A stretch of 64,000 nucleotides of DNA. Source: Zootoca vivipara (Eukaryota). Position numbers and translations under genes: made by a program. Below the pieces are notes generated by a model. That model saw only the letters and a program-made list of their open reading frames with translations. It made no database searches and was not told where the DNA came from. The DNA is taken from the NCBI RefSeq assembly GCF_963506605.1, contig NC_083282.1, positions 67,146,001 through 67,210,000 of the forward strand, read 5' to 3'. Below, piece by piece: positions 21,857 through 34,724 of the stretch; the first letter of the stretch is position 1, and every line of letters begins with the position of its first letter.

Positions 21857-24800
21857 ATCTTGTATTACATATATTATTACATATTATTATTCATTTTATT
21901 TCTATGTATACTGCTTTTACATTTTTAATGAAAAATCTCAAAGTGGTCTACAACACATCAAATAAAACAAGCCAAAATAAAACATTGCTGGAGCAAGTCA
22001 AATACAAAGTATACATTCAAAGCAACATAATTAACAGGAAACTAAAATATTACCTTAAAGATTTTTAAATAAAACATCGCAGAGGTCAACTACAAAATGT
22101 ACATTTAACACAGCAGAGTTAACAAAAGAAATTATCTTAAACATTTCAAAAGAAAACATTACTAATGGAAGTCAAATATAAAGTGCACATTTAAAACAGC
22201 ATATTGCCACAGAAAGGATGTTTCTTTGGAATTTCTGTGATGCTAAGGCCCAAGGGTGGAGAATATGGCCTCAAACATGAAAAACACTAGTTACAGTACT
22301 GACTCAGATATAGGGGTACTCAGGAAGCCAAAATTGGTCCAGGCAGGATGTGAGACATCAGAAAAGGGAAGTGTTCTATTTACACATGGCCCAGTGACTG
22401 GTTAGCAGCATTGTCCAAGCCGATTGCAATCCTGATCTCCCATACCAGAGAGAACACTCTTACACTCACCTAAGAATGGGGAAGAAATTCAATTCAGTTT
22501 GCATTTAAAGACAAATCTTCCTACACTGCCGTTCCTGATACAATATGCAAACCAAAATATAACCATATTTTCAAATTTGCACTTCTTTGAATTTTGCAGT
22601 GCTGTTGTTTAACAAGGGATGGAACGGCAGGTCACTTTCCCTTCTTTTGGTTTCTCATTTTTCCAGCCTTTTGCAGAATTTTTCAGTGCCTTTTGCAGAA
22701 TTCGAAACAGAAATGTACATAGAAGCAATACATCAGGACAGTAGTAAAGTCAGATTGAAACATAAGGCAAGTGTGTCCGATGGCACTGGCACCGCAAGAA
22801 GAAATTATTATGTTCCATAGAGTGTTCATTTGTTAAAGCAATTCCACGTTTGTTTGTTTGTTTGTTTGGCTGATGCCTTAATATTATGCATTAATGGACT
22901 CACTTTTTCAGCCGCTGATGATTGTGGTTCTTGAAAATTTATTGTTACTATAAAATGAGTCTCTCACTTTCCCTCTGCCTCTCTCTCCTGCTAATTGACA
23001 AAGAGGCCCAGTAATTAAAGTACAATAAAAGTTTTCCAGTAATTAGTTTCTGTTGTTTGGTTACAGGCCATCAATTGTTCTTTAATAATACTGATTGTTA
23101 ACATTCGGTAGTCAGAAGTCTCTCAAAGGATTCTGGGGCACAGCCACTTACAAACACTACACATTCCATTCCCATGAGGGCATTTTGCATTCAGAAGGAA
23201 GTTAACCCTCTCCTAGTGTACAATGCTGGTATGATAGCTTTCTGTTTCTGGATAAAACAGCTGAACTAATGACTGCAGGCATGTAGCTAAGGCAATTTGG
23301 ACTGCATTCGCAGGATGCAGTACTCCGCTTTCACTCCAGTTCTTTGGTGCTAGGCTGGAAGTATGGAAAGTTTTGATACTTGGATTACTTTGTCCCTGCA
23401 AAAACAGATAAAAATAACAGTAATTATATAATTATCATTATGATTAAAGAAACACATGAAACAAACTAGACATTGAGGTAGACTTTTCATCATACAATGT
23501 ATCCTTCAAATCCCTTTTCAGTTCCCTCTTTCGAGCTAGTTGGAAAATCTCCATCTTAAAACAAACAAACAAACTTATGCCTCCTTTGCTGGCTACATTT
23601 CAGCTTCACATTTCAAACTATTTTTCCACTGCCCAAGCAAGCAGGTGATGTGTGTAGCTCTACATTAGCTAGTAGCCACCAGCCATAAGAGGCTCTCAAT
23701 GCTAATTGAAGCAAGCATTTTCTAACCATCAACGCATATTGGCCTAGAAATTGTATTTCTGTGTGTTATATGGTTAGACTGGGGGTGTTTACTGGGAAGT
23801 GATTAATAAATGAAGTAAATAAATATTATAGATGCATCTCTAGCTATTAAGCTAAACAAAAGTCTAGAGGAAATATTAAAAAGATACCACAATGATATGT
23901 TTAAAATTAAACATTGGTGGTATTTCCAGGGAGGTGCATCATTGTTATGAAATAAATAAACCCGATCCTTACCCAATCCAGTCACTTATAGTACAAAGGC
24001 TGCCTTGCAGTTCAGCTTGAGTTGAGAGAAATAATGTTCTGCTTAATTTTCAGTAAGGCTTGATATTTTCAATCCAACACTATGGATATGTGGTTTCTGT
24101 TCAGTTGAGCCCTATGGAGCTGTGATGTTTGTGGATGAAGTGGACTCCCTCTGAGTACCTCTTGTGATATAGCAGTATCTAAGCATTGTGGCTCAATTAC
24201 AATTCGCAATAACTGAGCCTCAAATCAGCTGGTTTAGCAATTCACCTGTTTCATGAGAAATCCTGACTGGCATAAAGATGACCTCTGGTCTGATTTATTT
24301 AAGGCTCTTTCTGTGCAGCTCTGCTCCCTGAGTTGTTTTGAAGGACCTGGTCTTGTTGCCCCAACCCACTCCTTGCTTCATTTCTGCCACATGATCTTCC
24401 TTTCTTTCCTGATCCTTTGTGCTTAAAGATGGCATCAGGGCAAAATACTCGAAAGCTCTACTTCAGGGGGTAGATAGGGATACAACAAGGGCTGGTGGTC
24501 TTGGTCAGCCTTGATGTCCGTTCTGAGTGTTTTGAGTTCTGTGGTATGGCAGATTTTTAGGAATCACTGCCTTATACTGAATCAGATCATTGGTCCATCT
24601 AGTTCAGTGTTATCTATTCAGTCTTGCAGTGGACATTCCCAGCCCAACCTGATGATGTCAGGGATTGAACCTGGGACGTTCTGCATGCAGGCGACACTCT
24701 GCATCTAAACTATGGCCTTAAATGGCCATTTAACATAGCACTACTGTGAAGATGCTACAGTGAACTTTTAGGACTAACATATGCAACTAACATAGCACTA

Positions 24801-26884
24801 CTGTGAAGGAGAACACTTTTCTCTTTACTGTGGTTCTGGTAGTAGTAGCTGCCTTTGATGAAGGAGACTTTTGGTCCAGTTACCACATGCTCATGAAAAG
24901 GGCATATGTAGTTCAGATTGCACAGGTGGGATCTGTGGTGGCCGGATGAATAGTTGAGGGTAGGTTCTGCTGCAAACCGGAAAAGCCATTTCTAAGGAAT
25001 GAGTTTTAGGGAAAGTAAGTGTTATTTCAGTTTAGAAGGGTTGCCTAATGCTTTTTTTCTCACATCATATCTAAAACATAGATTGGCCTAGAAACTTCAG
25101 ATTTGTTTAATGCAAGAGGCCGTGAAGTAATCTAAGGAAGAGGGTGATGTGCAGCTTAGGAATTATTCACATCTGAGTTAGAAATACATGAGTGCGCCAG
25201 CAAAAAATACCACTTCCATGCAAGTACATAGAAAATTCTGCTCCAATATGTTGTGGAACACATCTAATTTAACACAGAGTCATTTCCAACCACGCTAAAA
25301 TTACAAAGTAACTGAAGCATACTCATAGAATTGTATAATTGTAGAGTTGGATAGGATCCCAAGTGTCATCTAGTCCAACCCCCTGCAATGCAGGAATCTC
25401 AGCTAAAGCAGCCATGACAGATGACCATATTTGGGACTATTTTTTGAGGGTTCCCTACCATCTCAAAGTGGTTTGTCTGGTGGGGTGGAACCACCCTGCT
25501 AACTTCCTAGCAAGAGGAGGGTGCTGCTGCTGCCTGTCAGAAGGGAGAGGGTGAGGGGTGTGGTGGGGAGGCTGTGGCAGTGTGGACACAGTGGCAGGAG
25601 TGCTGAACTGGTTCCACTGGAATGACTGAACTGCATTGACCTTCCTAGCATAATAGTAAAGCACATGCTTCCCTGATTTGACCCCTGGCATCTTCAGTAA
25701 AAATAATCTCAGGTGGTGTGGCTGGAACAAACCCGTAGCTGAAACTCCAGAGACCTACAGGCAGTCACAGAGGGCTGCATGGGCAAATGGTCTGACTCAT
25801 CATCACTAAATGTGCAAAAGTCAGCAGTAGAGTGGCACACCGAGTACAGAGAGGATGTTGTGTGCAGAGTCAGGGTGTATGGTCACATCTCCCTACACTG
25901 CTGGGGATACAGTATGTGTTTGAAGAGAAGACCAGCCCTACCATTTGGCAGAGTGCTGTGGCCACCTCAGGCAACAGATGCCGGGAGTCAGGATGTTGGA
26001 CGACAAAACTGTGTGTTTGTGGCTTGCCCTGTGCCAGCCTGTGAAGAATGTTGTCTCACTGCCAGTACTGAAGTAAGATTCAACTCAATTGACTTCTTTA
26101 AGTGGAATGGGAGTACATGGGGTGCCATTTTGCCCTTCGCCTCAGGCAGCAAAATATCTTAGCCCTGGAGAGGCGGATGACAGAAGCTTAACTCTTCCTG
26201 TTCTGTTTAGATAAGCTTTTTTTTATAACGCCCTTTGAATTTGATGTATTTGTGTTGAGCTTTGGTTAACTTTTGCTGCTCTTTATTATTCTTCTGCTGA
26301 TTGTTTTATGGTTTTTTATCTTGTTTTTGTTTTTGTGACACCTGAGGGTGTCGTATAGGATGGAAAATGTGAGGTATAGATTTTATTGTAAAATTCTAGC
26401 AAACCTAAAATGTTACCACAGCAGTTTTTAAATTGACTGACACCATCTCAAAATCCAAGAAAGGTTGTTTGTGGGTTAATACTGGGCCTAGAAAGCGAAA
26501 ATAGCCTTTCATAAATGATGAATGCCAAGTATCAAGGCTAGCAGTAGCTGGCCAATACTTGAAGGTAATCTTTAAATCCTCGACATCAAGTACATTCAAA
26601 TAAGAGAAATCACTCCTGCCAGATTTATATGAGCTATGAGCAAATGCCAGACAACCTCTCAAACCAGAGGAAATAATGTGGCCCAGTGTCTTTTATCCTG
26701 TCAAGAAAGGACAAGTGAAATGTCTGATAGAGCTCTGTGGACTTTTCAGAAGGAAAATTATGCTAGCCTGTCACAACTATAAAGGTAGCCTGTTTTAGGG
26801 CCATGATCCAATTTTGCCCCTAATGTTCACACATCCTGTGGGTTTATCTTGAGCACCTTCTCCTCACTGCTCAACCACACTACA

Positions 26885-26933
<49 letters not shown>

Positions 26934-27607
26934 TATACCCTGCCCATCTGGCTGGGTTGCAAACAACTTTGCAAGCACAGGAAAATTTGCAGTCATGGTA
27001 GATAAGTGCTATGAGAAAGAAAACCAATCACAGAGCTGGAAAGGACCTCAGAGGTCATTAAGGAGCACATGAAGTTGCCATATGTTGATGACAATTGCTC
27101 AATCCAGCTCAGTATACGCAGTGGTGGCAGGTGCCCTTTGGGACTGGCAGGGCAGAAGGTTGCACTACTGATCCCATGATCTTAGAATCATTGGTTTTAT
27201 TCTGGGGCAGTTTGTCTCTTTTCAGTGCTACACTACAAGTAAGATGCAGTGACTTCTATTTCGCTTATTGTTGGTCTTCAACTGATGGATTGCAACCTTA
27301 GCATGCAGCTGGTTGCACTTGAGATCTGTGGTGGCTATCTTTTAAGAGAGGGAAAGCACCATAGCTCAGTGGCAGAGCTTCTACTATGAATGAAGAAGGT
27401 CCCAGATTCAGTCCCCAGCATTCCTGAGCTGGACTGGGAGAAAACCCTATCAAAAATCCTGAAGAGCTGCTGCCAATCAGGGTAGACATTGCTCTGCATT
27501 ATTCCTATGATCTGTGATCAGCAAAAGAAACAAAAGGGAATAATTATGTAGTATACATGGATGCATTAATACAAACCTAACGCAGGGATGCGAAACCTAT
27601 TACTCCC

Positions 27608-27785
27608 TAGGTCATGGGTAGGCAAACTAAGGCCCAGGGGCTGGATCCGGCCCAATCGCCTTCTAAATCTGGCCCACAGACGGTCCGAGAATCAGAATGT
27701 GTCCTTTTATTTGAAACGCACCTCTGGGTTATTTGTGGGGCCTTCCTGGTGTTTTTACATGAGTAGAATGTGTGCTTTTATTTTA
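27608..27785. mobile_element. Partial hAT (Charlie/MER20-like) element
   Basis: GGCAAACTAAGGCCC..GGATCCGGCCCAATC..TTTTACATGAGTAGAATGTG, shared with 28098-28349 and 47893-48144. Confidence 0.7.
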
Positions 27786-27896
27786 AAATTTAAAAATATA
27801 TGGCCTATGGCTTTGGAATCTAACCCAAGGACTCACAGAGAAGTAAACTGTTTGGTGTCTAATAATGGCTCTAATAATTTGACTGTGAATGTAAAA

Positions 27897-28500
27897 AGGT
27901 AAAGGGACCCCTGACCATTAGGTCCAGTCATGACCGACTCTGGGGTTGCGGCACTCATCTCACATTATTGGCCGAGGGAGCCGCCGTACAGCTTCCAGGT
28001 CATGTGGTCAGCATGACAAAACCACTTCTGGCCAACCAGAGCAGCGCGTGGAAATGCCGTTTACCTTCCCACTGTAGCGGTACCTATTTATCTACTTCAG
28101 GGGGTCCCCAAACTAAGGCCCGGGGGCCAGATGCGGCCCAATCACCTTCCAAATCCGGCCCACGGACGGTCCAGGAATCAGCATGTTTTTACATGAGTAG
28201 AATGTGTCCTTTTATTTAAAATGCATCTCTGGGTTATTTGTGGGGCATAGGAATTCGTTCATTTCCCTCCCCCAAAATATAGTCCGGCCCCCAACAAGGC
28301 CTGAGGGACAGTGGACTGGCCCCCTGCTGAAAAAGTTTGCTGACCCCTGCCTTGCACTTTGACATGCTTTCGAACTGCTAGGTTGGCAGGAGCTGGGACC
28401 GAACAACGGGAGCTCACCCTGTCGCGGGGATTCGATCCGCCAACCTTCTGATCGGCAAGCCCTAGGCTCTGTGGTTTAACCCACAGCACCACCCGCGCCC
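27897..28500 (-). mobile_element. Sauria SINE interrupted by a hAT MITE
   Basis: AGGTAAAGGGACCCCTGACC (ACCTTT tail on the minus strand); SINE sequence breaks at TATCTACTT and resumes at CTTGCACTTTGAC after the insert. Confidence 0.85.
28098..28349. mobile_element. hAT (Charlie/MER20-like) MITE nested in a Sauria SINE
   Basis: CAGGGGGTCCCCAAACT...AAGTTTGCTGACCCCTG TIRs; near-identical to 47893-48144. Confidence 0.85.
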
Positions 28501-28980
28501 CGCCCCCCAGACTGTGAATCTGTGTGCAAAAGGGAGAGATCATCATCTGAAATATTTATCACTTTAAATTTAGAGTTATGCCATTTGCTTTAATGAACTG
28601 TATCTATCTAATTTGCACATGACAAGATTACATTCTTGCCGATTACCTTTTCATGTGTCTGGAAAATTTAGTCAGGTCTGTCTGTCACCCCTGACTTAAG
28701 CAGTGAGAAGCTGCCTCAACTGCGTCCCCATTTGTCACACTCCTTTATTGACTGTTAGTTGCCTGGCCAAGGCAACCATTTTTTTGGCCTATGGGGAGAC
28801 CTTGGCTTGCCCTGATCACTGTTTTCTTGCTTCTCAGATCCATGTTGCTGCCTTACTGGCTAAATGGTCATGGCTCACAGTGGGCATGTTCCCAACTCTC
28901 CCCCTTGGCCCCCACATTCACTGAATATTTGAAAAGGTTTATAGTGAATACCAGATTATGCATCATGTCTATTGGGGGGA

Positions 28981-31900
28981 CCCCTTCATGGATCAATGCC
29001 TTGTCGTGGCGAAGGGGCTTGAATAACTCAGAGAAGCTATGAGCTATGCCATGCAGGGCCACCCAAGATGGACAGGTCATAGTGGAGAGTTTTGACTAAA
29101 CGTGATCCACCTGGAGAAGGAACTGGCAAGCCACTCCAGTATCCCTGCCAAGAAAACTCCATGGACAAAGACAACAGGCATATAAAAGTTATGACGCTGG
29201 AAGATGAGCCCCTCAGGTCGGAAGGCGTCCAACATGCTACTGAGGAAGAGCGGAGGACAAGTACAAGTAGATTCAGAGCTGATGAAGCGGCTGGGCCAAA
29301 GCCGAAAGGACGCTCAGTTGCGGATATGCCTGGAAGCGAAAGGAAAGTCCGATGCTGTAAAGAAAAATATTGCATAGGAACCTGGAATGTAAGAACCATG
29401 AGTGGAGGTAAGCTGGATGTGGTCAAAAATGAGATGACAAGAATAAATATCGACATCCTGGGCATCAGTGAACTAAAATGGAAGGGAATGGGCGAATTCA
29501 GTTCGGGTGACTATCATATCTACTACTGTGGGCAAGAATCCTGTAGCAGAAATGGAGTGGCCCTCATAGTCAACAAAAGAGTGGAAAAAGCTGTAATGGG
29601 ATGCAATCTCAAAAATGACAGAATGATCTCGATACGAATCCAAGGCAGACCTTTTAACATCACAGTAATCCAAGTTTATGCACCAACTACCAGTGCTGAA
29701 GAAAGTGAAATTGACCAATTCTATGAAGACCTACAACAACTTCTAGAAATGACACCAAAGAAGGATGTTCTTCTCATTACAGGGGATTGGAATGCTAAAG
29801 TAGGGAATCAAGAGATAAAAGGAACAACTGGCAAGTTTGGCCTTGGAGTTCAAAATGAAGCAGGGCAAAGGCTAATAGAGTTCTGTCAAGAGAACAAGCT
29901 GGTCATCACAAACACTCTCTTCCAACAACACAAGAGACGACTCTACACATGGATATCACCAAATGGGCAGCATCGAAATCAGATTGATTATATTCTCTGC
30001 AGCCAAAGATGGAGAAGCTCTATACAGTCAGCAAAAACAAGACCTGGAGCTGACTGTAACTCAGATCATCAGCTTCTTATAGCAAAATTCCAGCTTAAAC
30101 TGAAGAAAGTAGGAAAAAGCACTGGGCCAGTAAGATACAATCTGAATCAAATCCCTTATGAATACACAGTGGAAGTGAGGAACAGGTTTAAGGATTTAGA
30201 TTTGGTGGACAGAGTGCCTGAAGAACTATGGATGGAGGCTCGTAACATTATACAGGAGGCAGCAACGAAAACCATCCCAAGGAAAAGGAAATGCAAGAAA
30301 GCAAAATGGCTATCCAACGAGGCCTTACAAATAGCGGAGGAGAGGAGGCAAGCAAAATGCAAGGGAGATAGGGAAAGATACAGGAAACTGAATGCAGATT
30401 TCCAAAAAACAGCAAGGAGAGACAAGAGGGTCTTCTTAAATGAGCAATGCAAAGAAATAGAGGAAAACAATAGAATGGGGAAAACCAGAGATCTGTTCAA
30501 GAAAATTGGAGATATGAAAGGAACATTTCGTACAAAGATTACCATAATCAAGGACAAAAGTGGTAAGGACCTAACAGAAGCAGAAGACATCAAGAAGAGG
30601 TGGCAAGAATACACAGAGGAATTATACCAGAAAGATATGGAGGTCTCATACACCCCAGGTAGTGTGGTTGCTGACCTTGAGCCAGACATCTTGGAGAGTG
30701 AAGTCAAATGGGCCTTAGAAAGCATTGCTAATAACAAGGCCAGTGGAAGTGATGATATTCCAGCTGAACTATTTAAAATTTTAAAAGATGATGCTGTTAA
30801 GGTGCTACACCCAATATGCCAGCAAGTTTGGAAAACTCAGCAATGGCCAGAGGATTGGAGAAGATCAGTCTACATCCCAATTCCAAAGAAGGGCAGTGCC
30901 AAAGAATGCTCCAACTACCGCACAATTGCGCTCATTTCACACGCTAGCAAGGTTATGCTTAAAATTCTACAAGGCAGGCTTAGGCAGTATGTGGACCGAG
31001 AACTCCCAGAAGTGCAAGCTGGATTTCGAAAGGGCAGAGGAACCAGAGACCAAATAGCAAACATACGCTGGATTATGGAGAAAGCTAGAGAGTTCCAGAA
31101 AAACGTCTACTTCTGCTTCATTGACTATGCAAAAGCCTTTGACTGTGTCGACCACAGCAAACTATGGCAAGTTCTTAAAGAAATGGGAGTGCCTGATCAC
31201 CTCATCTGTCTCCTGAGAAATCTCTATGTGGGACAAGAAGCTACAGTTAGAACTGGATATGGAACAACTGATTGGTTCAAAATTGGGAAAGGAGTACGAC
31301 AAGGTTGTATATTGTCTCCCTGCTTATTTAACTTATATGCAGAATTCATCATGCGAAAGGCTGGACTAGATGAATCCCAAGCCGGAATTAAGATTGCCGG
31401 AAGAAATATCAACAACCTCAGATATGCAGATGACACAACCTTGATGGCAGAAAGCGAGGAGGAATTAAAGAACCTTTTAATGAGGGTGAAAGAGGAGAGC
31501 GCAAAATATGGTCTGAAGCTCAACATCAAAAAAACCAAGATCATGGCCACTGGTCCCATCACCTCCTGGCAAATAGAAGGGGAAGAAATGGAGGCAGTGA
31601 GAGATTTTACTTTCTTGGGCTCCTTGATCACTGCAGATGGTGACAGCAGTCACGAAATTAAAAGACGCCTGCTTCTTGGGAGAAAAGCAATGACAAACCT
31701 AGACAGCATCTTAAAAAGCAGAGACATCACTTTGCCGACAAAGGTCCGTATAGTTAAAGCTATGGTTTTCCCAGTAGTGATGTATGGAAGTGAGAGCTGG
31801 ACCATAAAGAAGGCTGATCGTCGAAGAATTGATGCTTTTGAATTATGGTGCTGGAGGAGACTCTTGAGAGTCCCATGGACTGCTAGAAGATCAAACCTAT

Positions 31901-32199
31901 CTATTCTTAAGGAAATCAGCCCTGAGTGCTCCCTGGAAGGACAGATCGTGAAGCTGAGGCTCCAATACTTTGGCCACCTCATGAGAAGAGAAGAATCCTT
32001 GGAAAAGACCCTGATGTTGGGAAAGATTGAGGGCACTAGGAGAAGGGGACGACAGAGGACGAGATGGTTGGACAGTGTTCTCGAAGCTACGAACATGAGT
32101 TTGACCAAACTGCGGGAGGCAGTGCAAGACAGGAGTGCCTGGCGTGCTATGGTCCATGGGGTCACGAAGAGTCGGACACGACTAAACGACTAAACAACA
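28981..32199 (+). mobile_element. Full-length BovB (RTE clade) LINE
   Basis: ~3.2 kb; 12-bp TSD CTATTGGGGGGA (28969-28980, 32200-32211); BovB-type 5' end (GCCTTGTCGTGGCGAAGGGGC...GGGCCACCCAAGATGGACAGG) and 3' end (GGGTCACGAAGAGTCGGACACGACT..AAACAAC). Confidence 0.95.
29161..32193 (+). CDS. BovB ORF: APE-like endonuclease plus reverse transcriptase
   Basis: Uninterrupted frame from 29092 (TTG); first ATG at 29161. Endonuclease motifs GTWNVRTM, LGISE, GDWNAKVG, QIDYIL, SDH. RT motifs YRTIALISH, FIDYAKAFD, GVRQGCILSP, YADD. Confidence 0.93.
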   Translation: MDKDNRHIKVMTLEDEPLRSEGVQHATEEERRTSTSRFRADEAAGPKPKGRSVADMPGSERKVRCCKEKYCIGTWNVRTMSGGKLDVVKNEMTRINIDILGISELKWKGMGEFSSGDYHIYYCGQESCSRNGVALIVNKRVEKAVMGCNLKNDRMISIRIQGRPFNITVIQVYAPTTSAEESEIDQFYEDLQQLLEMTPKKDVLLITGDWNAKVGNQEIKGTTGKFGLGVQNEAGQRLIEFCQENKLVITNTLFQQHKRRLYTWISPNGQHRNQIDYILCSQRWRSSIQSAKTRPGADCNSDHQLLIAKFQLKLKKVGKSTGPVRYNLNQIPYEYTVEVRNRFKDLDLVDRVPEELWMEARNIIQEAATKTIPRKRKCKKAKWLSNEALQIAEERRQAKCKGDRERYRKLNADFQKTARRDKRVFLNEQCKEIEENNRMGKTRDLFKKIGDMKGTFRTKITIIKDKSGKDLTEAEDIKKRWQEYTEELYQKDMEVSYTPGSVVADLEPDILESEVKWALESIANNKASGSDDIPAELFKILKDDAVKVLHPICQQVWKTQQWPEDWRRSVYIPIPKKGSAKECSNYRTIALISHASKVMLKILQGRLRQYVDRELPEVQAGFRKGRGTRDQIANIRWIMEKAREFQKNVYFCFIDYAKAFDCVDHSKLWQVLKEMGVPDHLICLLRNLYVGQEATVRTGYGTTDWFKIGKGVRQGCILSPCLFNLYAEFIMRKAGLDESQAGIKIAGRNINNLRYADDTTLMAESEEELKNLLMRVKEESAKYGLKLNIKKTKIMATGPITSWQIEGEEMEAVRDFTFLGSLITADGDSSHEIKRRLLLGRKAMTNLDSILKSRDITLPTKVRIVKAMVFPVVMYGSESWTIKKADRRRIDAFELWCWRRLLRVPWTARRSNLSILKEISPECSLEGQIVKLRLQYFGHLMRREESLEKTLMLGKIEGTRRRGRQRTRWLDSVLEATNMSLTKLREAVQDRSAWRAMVHGVTKSRTRLND

Positions 32200-33208
32200 C
32201 TATTGGGGGGAAGAAATAGAATTGAGATTGCCTAGTGAGTGTTCACACCTATTCAAAACACTATGCATTGTTTCAGACAACCTTTAGTTGCCTCAGAATG
32301 GGTGGAGGGGGGCATGCTTAATGATCTGCATTGTGTTTCTGTGCTTTCCCATGATATAAAAACACACCACGTTTATTTTAAATGCCTTTATTGCTGTGCT
32401 GTTACTCAAAACATCATTTCAACGTCTCCTTAGTTTTTCATGTCTAAGTTAATTTTTTTTAAGAACTCTGTCTCACCCTTGAGAATCTGTTATCTTCCTA
32501 GATCTCCTTATATCCCAGGGAATTTATCCTTTTATCTTTTCAGAATGGAATTGATAACATGTTCCCCCCTCAAATTCAGAGCTTGAAACAAGATAAGATT
32601 TATTAAACAACATGGCAAATGACAAGAGGTGATACAAAAATGTTTCGTATAAGTGGTGGGATTTTTTATTTTTATTTTAATATAATAAATTAATCTTGCA
32701 CAATCCATCCACCAAGTGGCTACAAAAAGAAAGCCTTGATGAGTAGCCCCGATTCAGAAAGTGTAACATTATTCCATTGCATTAAAACGTTTTAAAGGCA
32801 ACATTTATGTTTGCATTCTTCTAATGCCTTTCTTCTAGAGCTGTGATCTTTTAAACATGCTTACCATACTTGCTTCACATATTATTTTCTCCCTGATAAC
32901 ATGGAGAATAATGGCTGTACAATTCTCCTCCTTCCCCCCTTTTTAGTTTAGTTACAGGCACCAAAAAGCTATTGCTTTCTAAAATGAGTTCCCAATATGA
33001 TTTTTAAAAACAAAATACCCATGTCACCATATATATGCAACACGGTGGATGTTTTCTTTCTGACGCCCAGATTAATCAAATATAAGGAATATTAAAATGT
33101 AAGGCTCTGTTGAAGTTTTAAACATCAGATCTCTAGCCTGTTTAGGGAAGTTTTTAATGTTTGATGTTTTATTGGGCACGATATGAATTATTATTATTAT
33201 TATTACTA

Positions 33209-33450
33209 CAGTGGTACCTCAGGTTATAAACACCTCGGGTTACAAACACTTCAGGTTACAGACTCCAGTAACCCAGAAGTAGTACCTCGGGTTAAGAACT
33301 TTGCCCCAGGATGAGAACAGAAATCGCGCGCCGGCAGCATGGCAGCAGTGGGAGACCCCATTAACTAAAGTGGTACATCAGGTTAAGAACGGTTTCAGGT
33401 TAAGAACGGACCCCCAGAAAGAATTAAGTTCGTAACCAGAGGTACCACTG
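33209..33450. mobile_element. Tc1/mariner (Tigger-like) MITE
   Basis: TA|CAGTGGTACCTC...GAGGTACCACTG|TA; near-identical to 45671-45912. Confidence 0.9.
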
Positions 33451-33974
33451 TATTATCCCAAACTCTGAAGGCTGGAATCCTACTCTAAGTTTACCATGGA
33501 ATAAATTCTGTTGGATTCAATTCAACCCAGTAGGGTGGGAGTTTGGATCATACCCTTACAATTTTATCCCACACTGTTTCAGCACAGCATACAGTGTTGT
33601 CCTCTCTATTCTTTTAATCTACACAACAACCCTGTGAAGTAGATTAGACAGAGTGATGGCAACTGATGAAAGGACACCTAATGAGCTTCGTGACTGAGTG
33701 GAGATTTGGACTCTGATCTCCCTGTGCCAAAATTGGGAAGCCTTACCCAACACTCCATCCATTACATCACACTGTCTGTAAATAAATAATTATAGTATTA
33801 GAGCTGAGCTAAAATTGCTCAAAAGACATTTTTCTGAGAAAATTTCTGATCTTTTCCCTTTTCCACTCCCTGCTCTAGAATAAAAGCCCACTTTTATTCA
33901 GAATCTCCCACCAGTTCTCCCCACCATTGCTTTGATAATTGCTTTGATAATAGTTCTCTTTCCTTGTCCCCACC

Positions 33975-34724
33975 CAGTGGCGTAGGGAGCCGCTCGGTCA
34001 CCCGTGGCGGCAACCTGCTCTGTAGTGTGCATCCGCAGCGTCACTACGGAGCGCGCACATACAATGTCACTACGGAGCGATGCTGCGCATGCGCACTACA
34101 GAGCGGGTTGCTGCCGCCGCCGCTCCAGCGCCAGGATCCTCTGCTCGCAGCTGCGCTAGAGCGGTGCCGCCAGCAAACCGTGACCAAACCTTGGAGTGAG
34201 GTTTTTTTTAAAAGCCTTGCTCTGCAGCTTGCTCACTCACCTGCTAGGCACGCTCAAGCGGAGGCAAGGGGTGGGCCAGGGAGGGGTGTCAGCAGCGGCC
34301 CCTCCCTGGCCCACCCCTTGCCTCCACCTGAGCAGTAAGAAGCAAAAAGCACTACGGAGCAGGTTGCCGGCGGCGCTGGAGCGCCACCACCGGCAAACCG
34401 TGAGCAAGCCGCGGGGCGAGGTTTTTTAAAAAGCCTCACTCTGCAGCTTGCTCGTTCACCTGCTCAGCGCATGCTTTGCTTCTTCCTGATGGGGCGGAGG
34501 CAAGGGGTGGGCCAGGGAGGGGCGTCAGCCTGCCCCTCGCCTCCACCCGAGCAGGAAGAAGCAAAGCACTCCTGCCGAGCAAGTGAACGAGCAGCCAGCC
34601 GCCGAGCGAGGCTTTTACCAGGCGGCGACTGGCTGCTCACTTGCAGGGGGGGTGCCGAGTGTCACCCCCCTCCAAGGTGGCACCCGGGGCGGACTGCCCC
34701 TTCACACCCCTTGCTACGCCCCTG
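33975..34724. mobile_element. CpG-rich non-autonomous hAT element with an internal duplication
   Basis: TIRs CAGTGGCGTAG...CTACGCCCCTG; perfect 8-bp TSD TCCCCACC (33967-33974, 34725-34732); internal imperfect direct repeat (~34165-34350 vs ~34385-34570). Confidence 0.85.

Noticed and set aside
29037-32165. Several antisense ORFs within BovB
   Set aside because: Shadow frames of the intact BovB ORF.
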